64,000 nucleotides of DNA from Amphiscolops sp. MND2022 (taxonomy: Eukaryota), in assembly GCA_964187785.1 (NCBI GenBank), contig OZ076409.1, forward strand, positions 9,054,001-9,118,000, in the 5' to 3' direction. This document shows positions 11,876 to 24,222 of this stretch, piece after piece. Both the position numbers and the translations under genes were made by a program. Numbering within the stretch: the first letter of the stretch is position 1; the number at the start of each line of letters is the position of its first letter. The notes beneath the pieces are model-generated. The model did not search any database. It saw only the letters and a program-made list of their open reading frames with translations, and had not been told where the DNA came from.

Positions 11876-14800
11876 TTAGATGATCCTGCGGAAAACTCTC
11901 ACTACGGAGGAAGCTCTAGAACGGGCCACACTCCTGTCAGTCCTCCTTCGTTTTTGGTCATGATGCAACATGACGGCAGGCGCATCTGATACTGACGAAA
12001 CATCAGGGTCGGAAAAAGTCTTGGCACTCACTCCTGATACGGATACGGATCGAGTCAAAGCTCGATGTGCAATGGTGAGCGACTTCTAAATAGATGACCG
12101 CCCGAAAGTGTCTATATACGTCCAAGGGTCGTACGTGGCGGGAAAAACAGAATGTCCGAAAGAAGCCGAAAGCAAGGAGAACTTATCGAGATTAGCATCA
12201 TTACAACAAAAAGCCAAAGAATCAGGGACCATAGACAAATAACTTCGGCAAGGCAAGATCACATCCGACAACCGGGAATGGAGGCCGCTAGTATTTTTTC
12301 CCATCGTAACGGCAGGATACTGGGAACTGATGGAGGTGATACACATAAAGCACAACTTGAAAAGATAAGACACATGTTCGTGTATTCGGAAGAAGTCGAG
12401 GCTCTCGATGAATGTTCCTGCATGTTCGTTTGACACTGTAACCCAAAAACGTAATTGGAAGGTCGAATACAACAAGTCAAAGTGTCGCAGAGCCACCTCT
12501 GTAGGTCTTTTTTGATGTAAGGGTCAAATGCAGCCAACCCTTTGATAATGTCTGAACTGAGACCTGCGTGGCGGAGGACCTCTTCCAACACATCTTCGAT
12601 GAATTTCAAATCATCAGAGACAAAGTCAGTTGTGGCGGTTTCAGCAGTCTTGTCAATAGCTGCCCGATCGGATTTCTTGCTAAAACGTAGTCCCTCGGCT
12701 TTCAAATTGCTAGCGGTTGACATTCTGTTCGACATTTTGAGACGAATTAGAAATTCATCAGCATCCTTGAATCTCCAGTCATTTGTCTTGGATTTTAGTA
12801 GGAGGGATCACCGTCCCACTCTCTGAAGGCACGGTGTCAGGCTGGTAGATCTGGAAGCAGAGCTGGTAAATGAGTTTGCAAACTTCCCCACAGAGGAAGA
12901 AGGTCGCATCTCGGCGTGGCTCGATGTGAGTGGAGAAGCTGGTAACATCTGAAGCACAAAATCAAAACATCCCTAAATGGACTTTTGACAGACAGAGTTA
13001 CATCCTCTGTCTTCTATACTTACTATCACTAAAGAGACGGTTGAACAGTTCTAATTGCACTGTGAAGAAGTCATCACATATCACTGACCACTCGAAGTTC
13101 TGTACCTGTGAACAGGACAACAAAAGTTACAAGAATTACTGAGTTGCAGGAAGAACTTATGTGGCAGACAACCCATACTTCAACAACAACTTAGGTGATG
13201 AAACTCTGCTGGAAAATACCACCATATTGTGAACTCCTTGATTCTCTTGACGGCGAGAGTAGGCAGTCTAGTACCGCACAACAGATTTCCGGCGATTGAG
13301 CAACTCTCGGCAAAGGACTGGTAATTTGGCTACTTCCAGCTTGCGTGTGGTATTGGCCTAAATAGGACATTATTCAGAATCAAGAGTCACACCTTATCTG
13401 ATACCACCCCCCTTGAATTCGAAAATACTAAAGTTCGGGGGAGTCTAGAACCCAGTCTTCTGAGAAGGAACCTCCAAGCAAAATCAAGGGTGACTGGGTG
13501 ACAGAGAAAAAATCGATTCTACCAAACACACTGTAGCTGGGTTTGTGCATAATCGTCTGCAGGTCGAGTCGCTCGAACCGGAAGCAACTCTGCCTTCCAC
13601 GAACAAATGAAGTGGATTGGTCGATAGTCCGTACTAGGTCCACAGGACATCCGGAGCTGGCAACAATATCAGTGCTGGTAGTCACCACTGATAAAAATGG
13701 GAGAGAGAACCCAATTCGCCTGTGATCTCCGTAGCCGGGAGTTTGCTTCGACAAACAAAGCCCTTGCACAGTGCACTGCCCTTCCAAAAGCGTAGGGACA
13801 TGAGTCTGATTGTGCGTCTGTCTTCAAACTCAAGGGAGAAGTGCTGTGTTGTAGCTACCTGCTCTGCAATGTCTTCCATCGCGCAATTGAAAAAGTGTTG
13901 GAATATTGTCTATTAAAAGAATTACCATTTTTCAAAATAACGAAACTATACAGAAGTAGGAAAGTGGAAAGTACACTCACCGTTAGCCGCTCTTCACTGC
14001 AATCAAAATCGCAAAAGACAGCTTAATGGTTGGTGAAGATTCCAACTTGAGACCACAGATTTCGAAAAAGGGTTAGTTTTCCGTGTGTCTGGACGAAGTT
14101 TCCAATAAGGCAAATCTGGGTCTTAGCACGGGACTGTGGAGAGACCAGTGCTGTCAAACTTCCATTGATGAATTTTTCGTAGAAAGGGAACCTTTCTCTA
14201 ACGGCGACGAGTTCTGCGTGAAAAAATTTTGGAAGTTCTTCGGCCAACTCAATTTTATTCAAACTTTTCCCATTACGGCTTCTGACTCTGTGTTAGACTT
14301 TGCCTGTTACTGGATTGACGCTTTTGAGGAGTTCATAGCGCCAGCGTTGGTCCTTTCGCAAATGCTTTTCTGTCCTGTGGTGCCTCAGGATTTCTATAGG
14401 TCCCTTCGTTCTGATTGAAACGTTTTTCTTACATATATGACACCAGACTATGTGTGGATTGTGTATGGGGTCCGCTGGCCCAGAGACGAAGGAACGTGTC
14501 CAGTCTATCTTTGCGAAAAAATCCTCCCTCATAGGCACTCCGCGTATCTGCATTTTCTTGGACTTGGTTAATCTCTGGGACTTCAACATGCCCTGAGATT
14601 TCGTTCGCGCACCTCAGACAGTGTGGCATCGAGACTACTGTGCCCGTTGATTCAGCTCCCCCTCCGGTTGACCCCATTTGAAGACTTTTACACGCTGTTG
14701 GATGTGCAACCTCAGTGGCAGATCGTTTGAAACACGCAGTAATTAAGGTCATTTCTCCTGAACTGTCACTATTAATGAGAGAGGAGAAGTCCCCAATTTC

Positions 14801-15900
14801 TCTTTCTAAGACAATGTCCCTAGCAGTCTCGGGTACTGACTCGAAGTCAGTAGCAGGTCCTCCAAAACTGAAATCACTACTTTGGCAATATCGGCGGCCT
14901 GGGCTCGGGATCGGGATCTGAACTGGTGAGTTCTCGAAGGCGCTGTGGCAGGAGTCTCCTTGACCGCTCCTTTTACCAATTTCTCCATGGCGGAGCAGGA
15001 CATGCTGATGGCTTCATCCGTCAATACGCGCAAAAGGTGGTAAACCTGTGGCTCAGTGAACGGGGAAGACGTAAGGATCAGCAGCGTCAAAATATTGTTT
15101 CAATATGGCTCGACTACGGCCTCATAGTTCTCTCATCGAATTTTCTCGTGCCCGCTGTGGGACTTTGGACGTGCCAGTTCTATTCTCAGGACAGATTTCA
15201 AGGTCGGTCTCCTCGCATCCTTCGGATCTTGAACCAAAGCTCACTGGAAAGGTGCTGTAAGGCGGAGCGTACTCAGTCCGACTAGAGTCCCCGGTCTTTT
15301 CTTCCTCACAGAACTCGCTGAGGAATCGCACTTGATTTTCACCCCCGGGCAGAGATGGTATATCAAGTAGGGTGGAAGAAGTCTCATCTTCAGATTGGAG
15401 GAAGGAAGCAATGAACGGCTTTTTTGATGCATCAGAGGCTAATTGTAATTCGGGCTATTCAGTATTGTCAGTACCTGTGACCTTGAGAATTGATTCAAGT
15501 TGGGACAAGCTCAGAGGATTCTTGTGGTAAGGTGCTGTTGGCGTTGGAGTATTATTCCGAATATGGCCAGAAGTCAAATTTTCCAACTCACTCCTTTGAT
15601 TCTGTCCTGCTTCTTCCTCTAAGTCAGTTGCAGAGAGTCGGGAGGAGTGTTGTTCTGCAGATGACTGTGCCCTTACATGGAGTCGAACCAGCTCCTCTGC
15701 ATAAGCGGTGACGTCGATATTACTGTCAGTACTCTAGGAGACTTCGGTGCTCTGATAGGAGGGAATGGTTGTGGAGAGGCTTCCGCAATTGGGAGTGTAC
15801 CCGTATTCGAACTGGTATACCTGCGGATTCTCTATATTCAGATTTTCTAATAAAAGAGATGAAATTTGACGGTGTGCTTTCTCGAAAGAAATCCATTTTG
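11876..15900 (-). pseudogene. Antisense, intron-containing accessory gene of the Gypsy element; zinc finger plus hAT-transposase-like body (5' end uncertain)
   Basis: Zinc finger WCHICKKNVSIRTKGPIEILRHHRTEKH (~14360-14445). Segment HFSLEFEDRRTIRLMSLRFW. GT-AG introns at 13910-13980 and 12949-13023 whose removal joins the flanking frames. Scattered stops. The hAT assignment is by eye. Confidence 0.65.
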
Positions 15901-16249
15901 CCCCATTAGAAACCTTCCGGAAGTGTTTTAAAAATTCGAACAAAGCGTGTTGTCACGCGTTCAACGATGGAAACAGGAAGCGTTACGTGAACGAAATTTA
16001 GCCCTGATCAAACTAAAATAGTCCGAAATTTGAAACTCCAGACCAACCTGAGTTCGAAGACATTTCGCTGTGGCAGAGTTGACCTTCAGGAGATAGTCCT
16101 TATTCGGCAAATCAAAGATAAGGAAATTGGCCGGGTTCGGTTGAAGAGGAGAGAAGATTCAGAATGCCTTGAGAAGTATAAAGTCAGCAACAAAGTTGCA
16201 GACGGAAGAAGATGAATGACGTAAGGAAGATTACAAAGAAGAATACGAA

Positions 16250-17709
16250 TGATGATGGAAATGGAAAAAAAGATTAATCAGAAATTAGAAAGTTGGAGTT
16301 CGAGGCTGAAGAAGTTAACCAGACAAAAACTTTATGGTTATTTACATATTTATTACTGTGCATGGAGTCTGCCAGCGAAGTGTACAGACGACTCTTCAAT
16401 ACTTACAGCTTCGTTAGATGGAAGCCGATTTTGGACGTTCACTCAGTTTTGTTTTACTGTTTTGATCCGTTGCCCTTCTTATCTTTTAGTTAGCATTTCC
16501 GCCATTATGAATTGTTTAAAAATATTACTTTTCGCCATTTTATTAGTCATGTTAATTTTATCAATGAACAATTTTTATTTGCTGGAGCCATTTTGGAAGA
16601 AGTTACCCGACGCGTGTCGTTAATTACACCCTTGCGTGCTGCTATTCACCCACATGAATTGAAATTATTTGATGACAACAACTTGAAAGCCCTTCTCCCC
16701 TCCACTAAAGAAGGTGATGATGGGGGGAGAGAATTCGTAAATTCAAAGCTTGATTACCGCCGAGAACTTTCATTCAGGAATGTTTACGCCGAATTAGGGT
16801 AAATTACTGGAGATTCAACCGCCGAATAGGGACTACCGGGAAAAGGCCCAACTTGGCCTGAGTGAGAAAATTGATAAAATCATTCCTCTCACTTTGTCGA
16901 TGAAATCCAGTCGTCTCTAGCAAAGCAAAATTGCCAACAAATTCATAATGCAAAAGCTTAACTTGTCAAGAAAGCTCTTCGACTTTGAAGAGCAGAGTTC
17001 CGACGAATCAACAGACTCTGTGATATACATATCAAGCGATAGTGACTTGGATTTGGACTGGTTTCTGGATAGAAGTGCTGATCAGGAGGATCCAGCAAGA
17101 AGTAAATCTAGCCCAATGCCTATTGGGGGACGAGTCATGACCACGGAAGGACTTGACGAAGAAACGACAGCAGGTCCTAGCAGTTCGCAACCGATTCCGT
17201 CCACTACCGTCAAGTTCGGGCTTAACCATTTTGACAAGAAGATGTGCTCGCATCCTCTAGAAAGATGAAAAAAACCAAAATTGAGCTTTGCAAGACACTT
17301 CTGCTCGTTCTGGAATCCCCCATGTCACCCCTTGAGCACGAAAGGGGGCCTTCGCAGGACACCCCTCTGTTACAATCAACAGTTGCAAGCTTCCATGCAT
17401 CCTATCACGTTCAAAGTTCTCAACTGTACGCGGATCTTAGCAACCAGAGGTGTCTAAGTTGCATGATGTGCGGCAGGTCGGTCGACGAGATCAAGGAGCA
17501 GAAGATAAATGGGTATATGGAACAATCTACACCACGGGGTGAGCCCGCACACGTCACGGAAATCAGACGAGAAGCCTATTCGAACGGACTCAACGCATTT
17601 GCATTTTCTGGCTCCCGCTTTGTCACAAGCTGCCGCCTGTGACGGTACCCGAATAACAACAACGACTACTGGACAGGAATTAGTACCAGGTACTTTGCCC
17701 ACATATTGA
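16250..17709 (+). pseudogene. Sense accessory ORF(s) of unknown function in the Gypsy 3' region, ending inside the 3' LTR
   Basis: Chain of coding-like frames at 16293-16493, 16512-16802, 16948-17268, 17244-17642 and 17509-17709. Includes an acidic VIYISSDSD stretch and a CLSCMMCG Cys cluster. The final frame stops at 17709, 89 nt into the LTR. Confidence 0.5.
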
Positions 17710-19317
17710 AAACTAGAATCAAAACAAACTACTTTCCACCTGAACTATTGTATTCAGTATGTTATGTACACTATAATTGTTTTTATTATTAGTCTGGTAA
17801 TGCTAAAATTTGAAAATGCGAATCAAGATGCTTAATACGTTAAAATTTGCAAGGCTATAGAATAAAAAATTCAATTGAGAAAAGCGTGCAATTATACAGA
17901 TAAACGGAAACGATTTCAAGTGAACGGAATTTCCATTCCGGGGACGTCACTTGAGTTCGTTATATCAGCCAATCAGATCCTTCGATTTACTGTGCTGTGT
18001 ACATTTTCAAATCAATTGGCCGGACACTATGATGTGTTTACTGTTCGGGACAAAAAGCAAATATCTTGTTCAGACAGTTTCTCTATTTTTTGAAATGTTC
18101 TGGAGTTTTAAACTTTCTATGATATACCGTCATGTAGTGCCAAATTTATACTCAAGGATGCCTTAACAAGCCTCTTGAGCCTGATTGAAGTGACCGACAA
18201 TCATTAGTAGTAATATTTACTACCGATCCCTATACCTAGTCCGGCCACCCCTACTAATCAATTTCCTAGTCAAATGGCCGTACAGGGCTAAATATTGTGT
18301 TATTCCAGTTTTGCATGAAATCGTGCTGTTGATTTGGTATTAGATGAAATTTTTTGCACACGCAGGCACGTGCCGTAAAATACCTTGCATCCTTTGTCAG
18401 GAACAACACCTTGAAGTGTCAGCTCCGACGATCAATCAAACCCTATTTGTGAGGCCAAATTACTCTGCATCCCTTTGAAGAACCTATTTGAATTTGGTGA
18501 TATGTATTTAATCTGTTCAAACGCATTCCGTAATGTAAGTGGTTCCAAAATGATGCTGTTCAGTGTTTGGTATTTCACCTGATTTACTTAAGTATGTAAA
18601 AAATGTGAATGTCACTCTCTCAGGGGTACATATACTAACACTTCACCTGAGAGAGAAACAATTTGACTATTGCCACTATCATTCACACGCTTTGAAAAGA
18701 TACCATCCTGATTTATTAATAAAATATTACAATCGGGATTTTCTTAATGCCTACAACAAGGAAGCAAAAGAAAGCTAGAAAATCAAGAGATGCAGAAATT
18801 TTTCAGACATTAAAAATCTAGACATAATGCTAGGTGGGGATCACTTGGAGATAGAGGAAAGGGAAAATAACAATTTCGGCAGAAGCCCAGAAAGTCCTAG
18901 TTACGATACGTTGATGATTCAAAATGGTAATTCTCACTCTAATTCCCATGAAACTGAAATAGGTACTTATGCCCAAAACTGACATATTTCAGATAGAACA
19001 GATTCAGTCAAGAAACACATCAGGTGACCTTAATCAGAGGATCACTAGGGAGATGAGTGACTTCTTGAGTTCTCTTAGTTCTCAAATACAAAGAGCCATA
19101 AATGAGGCCATTAAAGACCAGATCTTGCCTGAAATCCAAGCATCCATTTGGGAGCCGGATAGGGCCAAATGCCCGAAAAAAGGTGGGGAAGCTCCGGTTA
19201 GGTGACTTGTGGTCAGGTCCGAAGAGTGCTTAAGCCGCAAACTTAGGAGCAGTTCTCGTGATGAGTGTCTAAGAGTCCCAAACAGGAACGAGGATAGTAG
19301 ATCAGACAGCCATGACA
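17621..19317 (+). repeat. 3' LTR (~1.70 kb)
   Basis: Runs tgtcacaagctgccgcctgtgacggtacccg...cagccatgaca. Visibly diverged from the 5' LTR by substitutions and small indels. Confidence 0.95.
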
Positions 19318-19322
19318 CTAAC

Positions 19323-19510
19323 GTTAGCAATTAAGTAACTCAAAGGGGAACTCTTTGCACATAGATGCGTTTTCGGTTGCCGGTCCAGTTTACTAGTTCT
19401 GTAAAAGGTGTCCACTACGCATACATTTTGTTACCTGACAAAAAAAGAAAAAACTTGCCACTTTTACATTCGGGCTTTCTTCCTTCAAAAGAAATTGGGC
19501 CAACTAGAAA
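19323..19510 (-). repeat. Right part of the split HINE-like repeat
   Basis: gttagcaattaagtaactcaaagggg...tgtccactacgcatacatt matches 44835-45000. Confidence 0.75.
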
Positions 19511-20972
19511 GAGCCAGCTAAAAATGGATAAAATGAAGGATAAACACAGCAGTCAAGTAACAATAAAAAGCACAAACGACACACTAAAAAACTTTATACA
19601 GTCCCAGCTTTATTGACTAAGATTTGGTACTCTCTACTACATTCCCCAATCTCCACTGTTAGCTGATTTTCGACCAATGGGAATGCCGGTAATGTATTGG
19701 TTGCAGTTCCTCCATTGGTCCATCGTTCGGTGGCCGGGTATCGTTCGCAGATTCTGTTGATATCACGGTGTTGACTGGACCGTAACGTCTGATTTGGATT
19801 TACTTGTAGGGTTGTGGTTTACTGCTGTCTTCCGTCTCTAGCTCTGTCGGAGTTGTACCGTTGTTGCCTCCGAGTTCATTCTTCCTACGGTGTTTCGGAT
19901 AACCCTAGCATACAGGATGATTAGATCTAATAATCGGATCAGCTTTTGTCAGTCTGTTTTTGTTAGTTTTATTTTAATCTGCAGGCATTTCTAGCTCATT
20001 ACCTCAGATTGCTTGCTAGTTCTAGGTCACTGTCACAGGTTTGTAGTCTATTAACTTCCTCTCCGTTGGGTGTAACGTAAAAAATGAAATAACTGATCAT
20101 TTTCATCTGTAATTAGTAGTTCTTTGTCTTCGCGTTTAACTTCGTCTATAGCACGGTCGATCTCCGTGTCTGTCATTTGGGCGGTAACGATTGTCAGCTG
20201 GCCAGTGCTGTTTTCTGTCATGGTGTGTCTCGGTGATCTTAGGGGAGAGTGTGAGCTGACCTGGTTTGTATTAGTGTCTGTCTGGTTTGGCCAAATGTAC
20301 TCATCTGTACCGTGGCCTTGTCTGTGGGTTCTTATGTCTTTGGGCGCTCCATGTCTTTGGGGCCGGTTCCTCTGTTATCGTTATGCTGTTCAAATTCAGC
20401 TATTGGGTTATAAACTTCATTTGTAATATCTTGCAGTTTGGTGTGGTAATCGGGTGGTTCGAGCCAATGATAATATTCTGGGCTCGGATTGAGGTGGTTT
20501 AGCCTCATTTGTGGTTTTATTATTTGTGGTTTATCGGATTGTCTTCTTTTGACTGATTTGTGGTGTTTTTTCTAGGAAGAAAAAATTGTATTTACTAAAT
20601 CTTTTGTGTTTTTTTCAGCTTCAAGGGTAGCTGGCCAGACACAACGTCAGCTCCTCTGAATGAGCATACCTGTAAAGTTTCCGATTTCGCTGAAATGGAA
20701 TTTTGTGTTAGTTTTTGTAACACGTCAAGTTTCAGAAGATTGCTCGTTTCCGTGTGAGGTTTTTGGCTATAATGGAGTTCAAATGCAGATTTTTTCAACT
20801 TTGTACGTGTCGTTTTTCTCACTACTTCCAGCGATATATCCAAAGCATTGTCGAATCTTTCGCCTGCTTTAAGGCTAATTAAAGGATTTTCTTTCAAAGT
20901 CTCAACTCCTCTTTCTACCAGACCCGTAAGCGTATGTTTATACGGTGTTCCGTGAATTACTTTATTAAAATG
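19511..20972 (-). mobile_element. Mag-type Gypsy, 3' part: integrase C-terminus, PPT and partial 3' LTR
   Basis: Minus-strand HGTPYKHTLTGLVERGVETLKE and KKSAFELHY. The purine tract ggagattggggaa is followed by TGTAG at 19641. Confidence 0.75.
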
Positions 20973-21467
20973 TGTTGGCGCATGACATCACAATGATGGC
21001 ACAGTAATTATTAGTTCACTTAGCATAGTAGACCAGTCTTTGCTTTCGAACCTGCCTGCGCGAGTTCGAATCTGTGACACCGCTTTTTTTGTTTAACTTT
21101 GCTTATTCAACATATCTCAATAACCGTTCTATTTTTATGTAAAATATTCAAAACTAATTGTTCACCAGTGTAAACCGCGAATAAACACGCATGTAAACAA
21201 CCTATTGCGATCTTCTTGATGTCCCTTTGAGTGTAAATGCTGTGTTTTCTAGCCAAAAACCAGTTGTTAACCAGTCCGCCAAATATCACTTTTCGTATCA
21301 TCTATCTTCCATTCATACTGTCAATAAACGTTATCAAATAGAATCTCGCATTGTGACAGGACCCAAATCTTTAGAAGCTTGAAGTGGATCTTTGAGCTCG
21401 ATCAATCTCTCTGGTTCGATTTCTGTCGGGAGTTCCCTTGTTGTAGCTTCAGAGGAGTCCCGAAACA
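20973..21467 (+). repeat. BEL 5' LTR followed by a tRNA-Met(elongator)-like PBS
   Basis: Runs TGTTGGCG...CGAAACA and is homologous to the solo LTR at 30304-30831. The PBS TGGTACCTCGACGTGAGG (21469-21486) resembles TGGTGCCCCGTGTGAGG. Confidence 0.85.
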
Positions 21468-24222
21468 TTGGTACCTCGACGTGAGGTCAACAGCAGAAAA
21501 ATCAGGAGGTGCAGATAGCTTTGGTGGAGTGTTGAAGTTGCCTCAGCGACCAAAAGTGCTCATTGAGGCACTCTCATGAGACGGGTAACAGCAATCCGAC
21601 AAGCTGGTGGACCACTGGAGGATGTCAAAGCCACAAGCGAGTTCCTGATCGATTGTCGCAAGATACGAGGAAGCAATTTGAATTGCCTCATCCTGGCACA
21701 GATGTGTTAACATTCAAAGAGTTTACTTCTTTCATAGATAGACGAAGCCGCGCATGGCAATTCAGTGGTGACCAGCCTCTGGTTTCTACTCCCAAGACAA
21801 GGCTTCTACTCCCAAGACGAATCCTAAGAAGGCACATCAGGAAGCCTCCTCATCAACTATTGAGCACTTCGCAAGTTGTAATTCGAATGATGCAACGGGG
21901 GTCCCACTCAATTGCCCAGCTTGATTGCTACAAGCAGTTTAGCACGCGTGAGAGAAAGGAAGTGGTGAGGTAGCTCAAACTGTGGGTGAACTGTCTGGGG
22001 AAGATTTTCGTGGCTGACTCTCAATCGAAGTTTCAACCGGGGGCATCACGCACCACTGCACTTTGACCGTCCTGTCGAGCAGCAAAGTTGTGTGACATGT
22101 GGTGCAACAATCAGTGGTCCCTCTGTGCTTCTTTCAAGAGCAATGGTTGGCATAGATGATAGAGCTGGAAAGACAGATCTTTTGAGCCTTGCTGGACTGT
22201 GGTCTCAAACATCCTTCATGCACCACCGAAACTCAACATTGCTCATTCAACAGTCGATGTAAAGATCTTTGGTATAACGGACGGCAACAAGCTGCGAAGG
22301 AGTCAGTCAATTGGGTGATTGGTCCTCAAAAACTGCCAGTTATAGCACTAGTGTTGAATTCAATCGCAGATAATATACCTTCTCAGTCCAGGAACAAGTG
22401 AAGTTAAGTAAACGTGTAGCAAAAGCGAGCGAAAACTTCCGTTCTGGACGAAAAGAAGAAGGATCATGGGCTGCACTATTGCAAGTCTGTCTTCGGTTGG
22501 ATTGTCACCGAGTGTTGTTCCATGTGCGTCCCTACCAATGTCAATCCTTTCAAGTAGCAGTGGAATTGGACTTTGCTCGCTTCTGGAAAGTAGAGGAGAT
22601 TCCTGGAGTGAAAACAATATCCAAATAAAATCTTCAACGTGTGCCATGATCTATTTTTCAGATGATGGCCGCAACACAGTTCATCTTCTTTAAAGTCTGA
22701 AGCACCCTCGAAAAACCTTCAAACAACCAACAAGAGATTGGTCTCTTTGGAAAGGAAGCTCGATTACCACGATGATGTGAAGCAGCAGTATCGTAAATTC
22801 ACCAAAAGAAATTTAGCACACGGGTCACTCGGAACAAACTCCTCAGACTCCAGTTATGTGTTATTACCTACTCCATCACAGTGTGTTCAAGGAGAGTACG
22901 ACGACCAACTTCAGTATCGTGTTTGATGCCGGCAGTGAATTGCCGAATGGCAATTCCCTCAACGATTGCCTGCTGCTTGGACCCCGCTCGCATGACGACG
23001 GGTTTGACAACCTCATTCGAGTTCACCTCCATCAACATGCGTTCTCGACATATTGGCAAAGATGTACCGTGAAGTTGCTTTGAATGAATCAGATCGTGAC
23101 TCCCACCGAATTCTGTGGCGTGATTTCGTGACAATTGCGTATTACATGTGTGACGTATGATGTTAACAGTTCCCCCTACCATCCACACCGAGCATTTCAA
23201 GATAGTGGTAGGAATCAAGGACCCAGTCCGAACACAGTAAATGTGATTCTCAATGATTACTGTGTTGAAGATCTACCGAGTGGCGCTGATACATTGAAGA
23301 AAGCATGCAAGCTTCAACTCGATTTCATTGAAACCCTCAACAGTGTTAGGCTACGCTAGTGGAGCAGCAACGAATCCCAATTGGTTTATATCTTCCCAAA
23401 GGGTTTTCTAGCAAGGCTAACGGAATCAACGATGAATCACATTTAATCAAAACCCTGGGACAGACGAGGCCCCCTCTAGAGGATCACTTCGAGTATGCAT
23501 GTAATACGCCAGTTTTAATAGTCGTGCTGGAAGCTGGATCTCGAATGGAATGATCCAGTTCCAGATGATGTATCAAGGGCGTACACAAACTTTAAAGATG
23601 ACATTCGCTCGCTGTCACAGCTCAAGAAACCCCAAAAAGTGCTACTAACACACTTGTACGATGAAGCGTCCTTGCATTTCTTCTGTGATGCCTCCGAAAG
23701 TGCATGTGGTGCTTGTGTCTATCTTGTGTCAGTCAAAAATGACATCGTCTCATGGACGTTTTTTCCTCCAAATGCAAACTGGCTAAAATCAAGCCCTCAA
23801 TCTCCCTCTTCTCGAAATTCTGGCAATCCACACCGGTGCCAAGCCTGCAACGGCAGTCAGACTCAACAACCGCCCGCTCATGGGTAAAGGCAGACCCAGC
23901 TAGGTGAAATACGTTTGTGCCCAACAGCCTCTCTCAATTTTAGTCAATGCTCCCAACAACTGAAATCATTCACGTACCTTCTGAGGAAAACTCAGCCGAT
24001 ATGTGTTCACGCGGCTTACTAGCATCGCAATTGGTGGCTCAGCCGAAGTTCTGGTTTAAAGGACCCAAATAGTTGGGTTCATCTTTTCCTGTCCGTCCCC
24101 ACACTCTCCTCACTAAAGTCAGGAAATCACTCCTCATTTCCGCAAGGAAATCAAATCCATGACAGTGTTAGCTTCGCCCAGTAACGCGTTAGTTGTAGAC
24201 CTAGATTGTTTCAATTCACTAC

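Larger units (their letters stand above)
4162..19317 (+). mobile_element. Full-length degenerate Ty3/Gypsy LTR retrotransposon (15.2 kb) with extra ORFs
   Basis: Direct LTRs with TGTC(G/A)...TGACA ends. The 5-bp TSD reads cttac (4157-4161) and ctaac (19318-19322). A PBS follows the 5' LTR, and the domain order is gag-PR-RT-RH-IN. Confidence 0.95.

Noticed and set aside
16250..17709. env gene in the canonical post-pol position
   Set aside because: No signal peptide, furin site or transmembrane anchor is visible, so it is kept only as an unknown accessory ORF.
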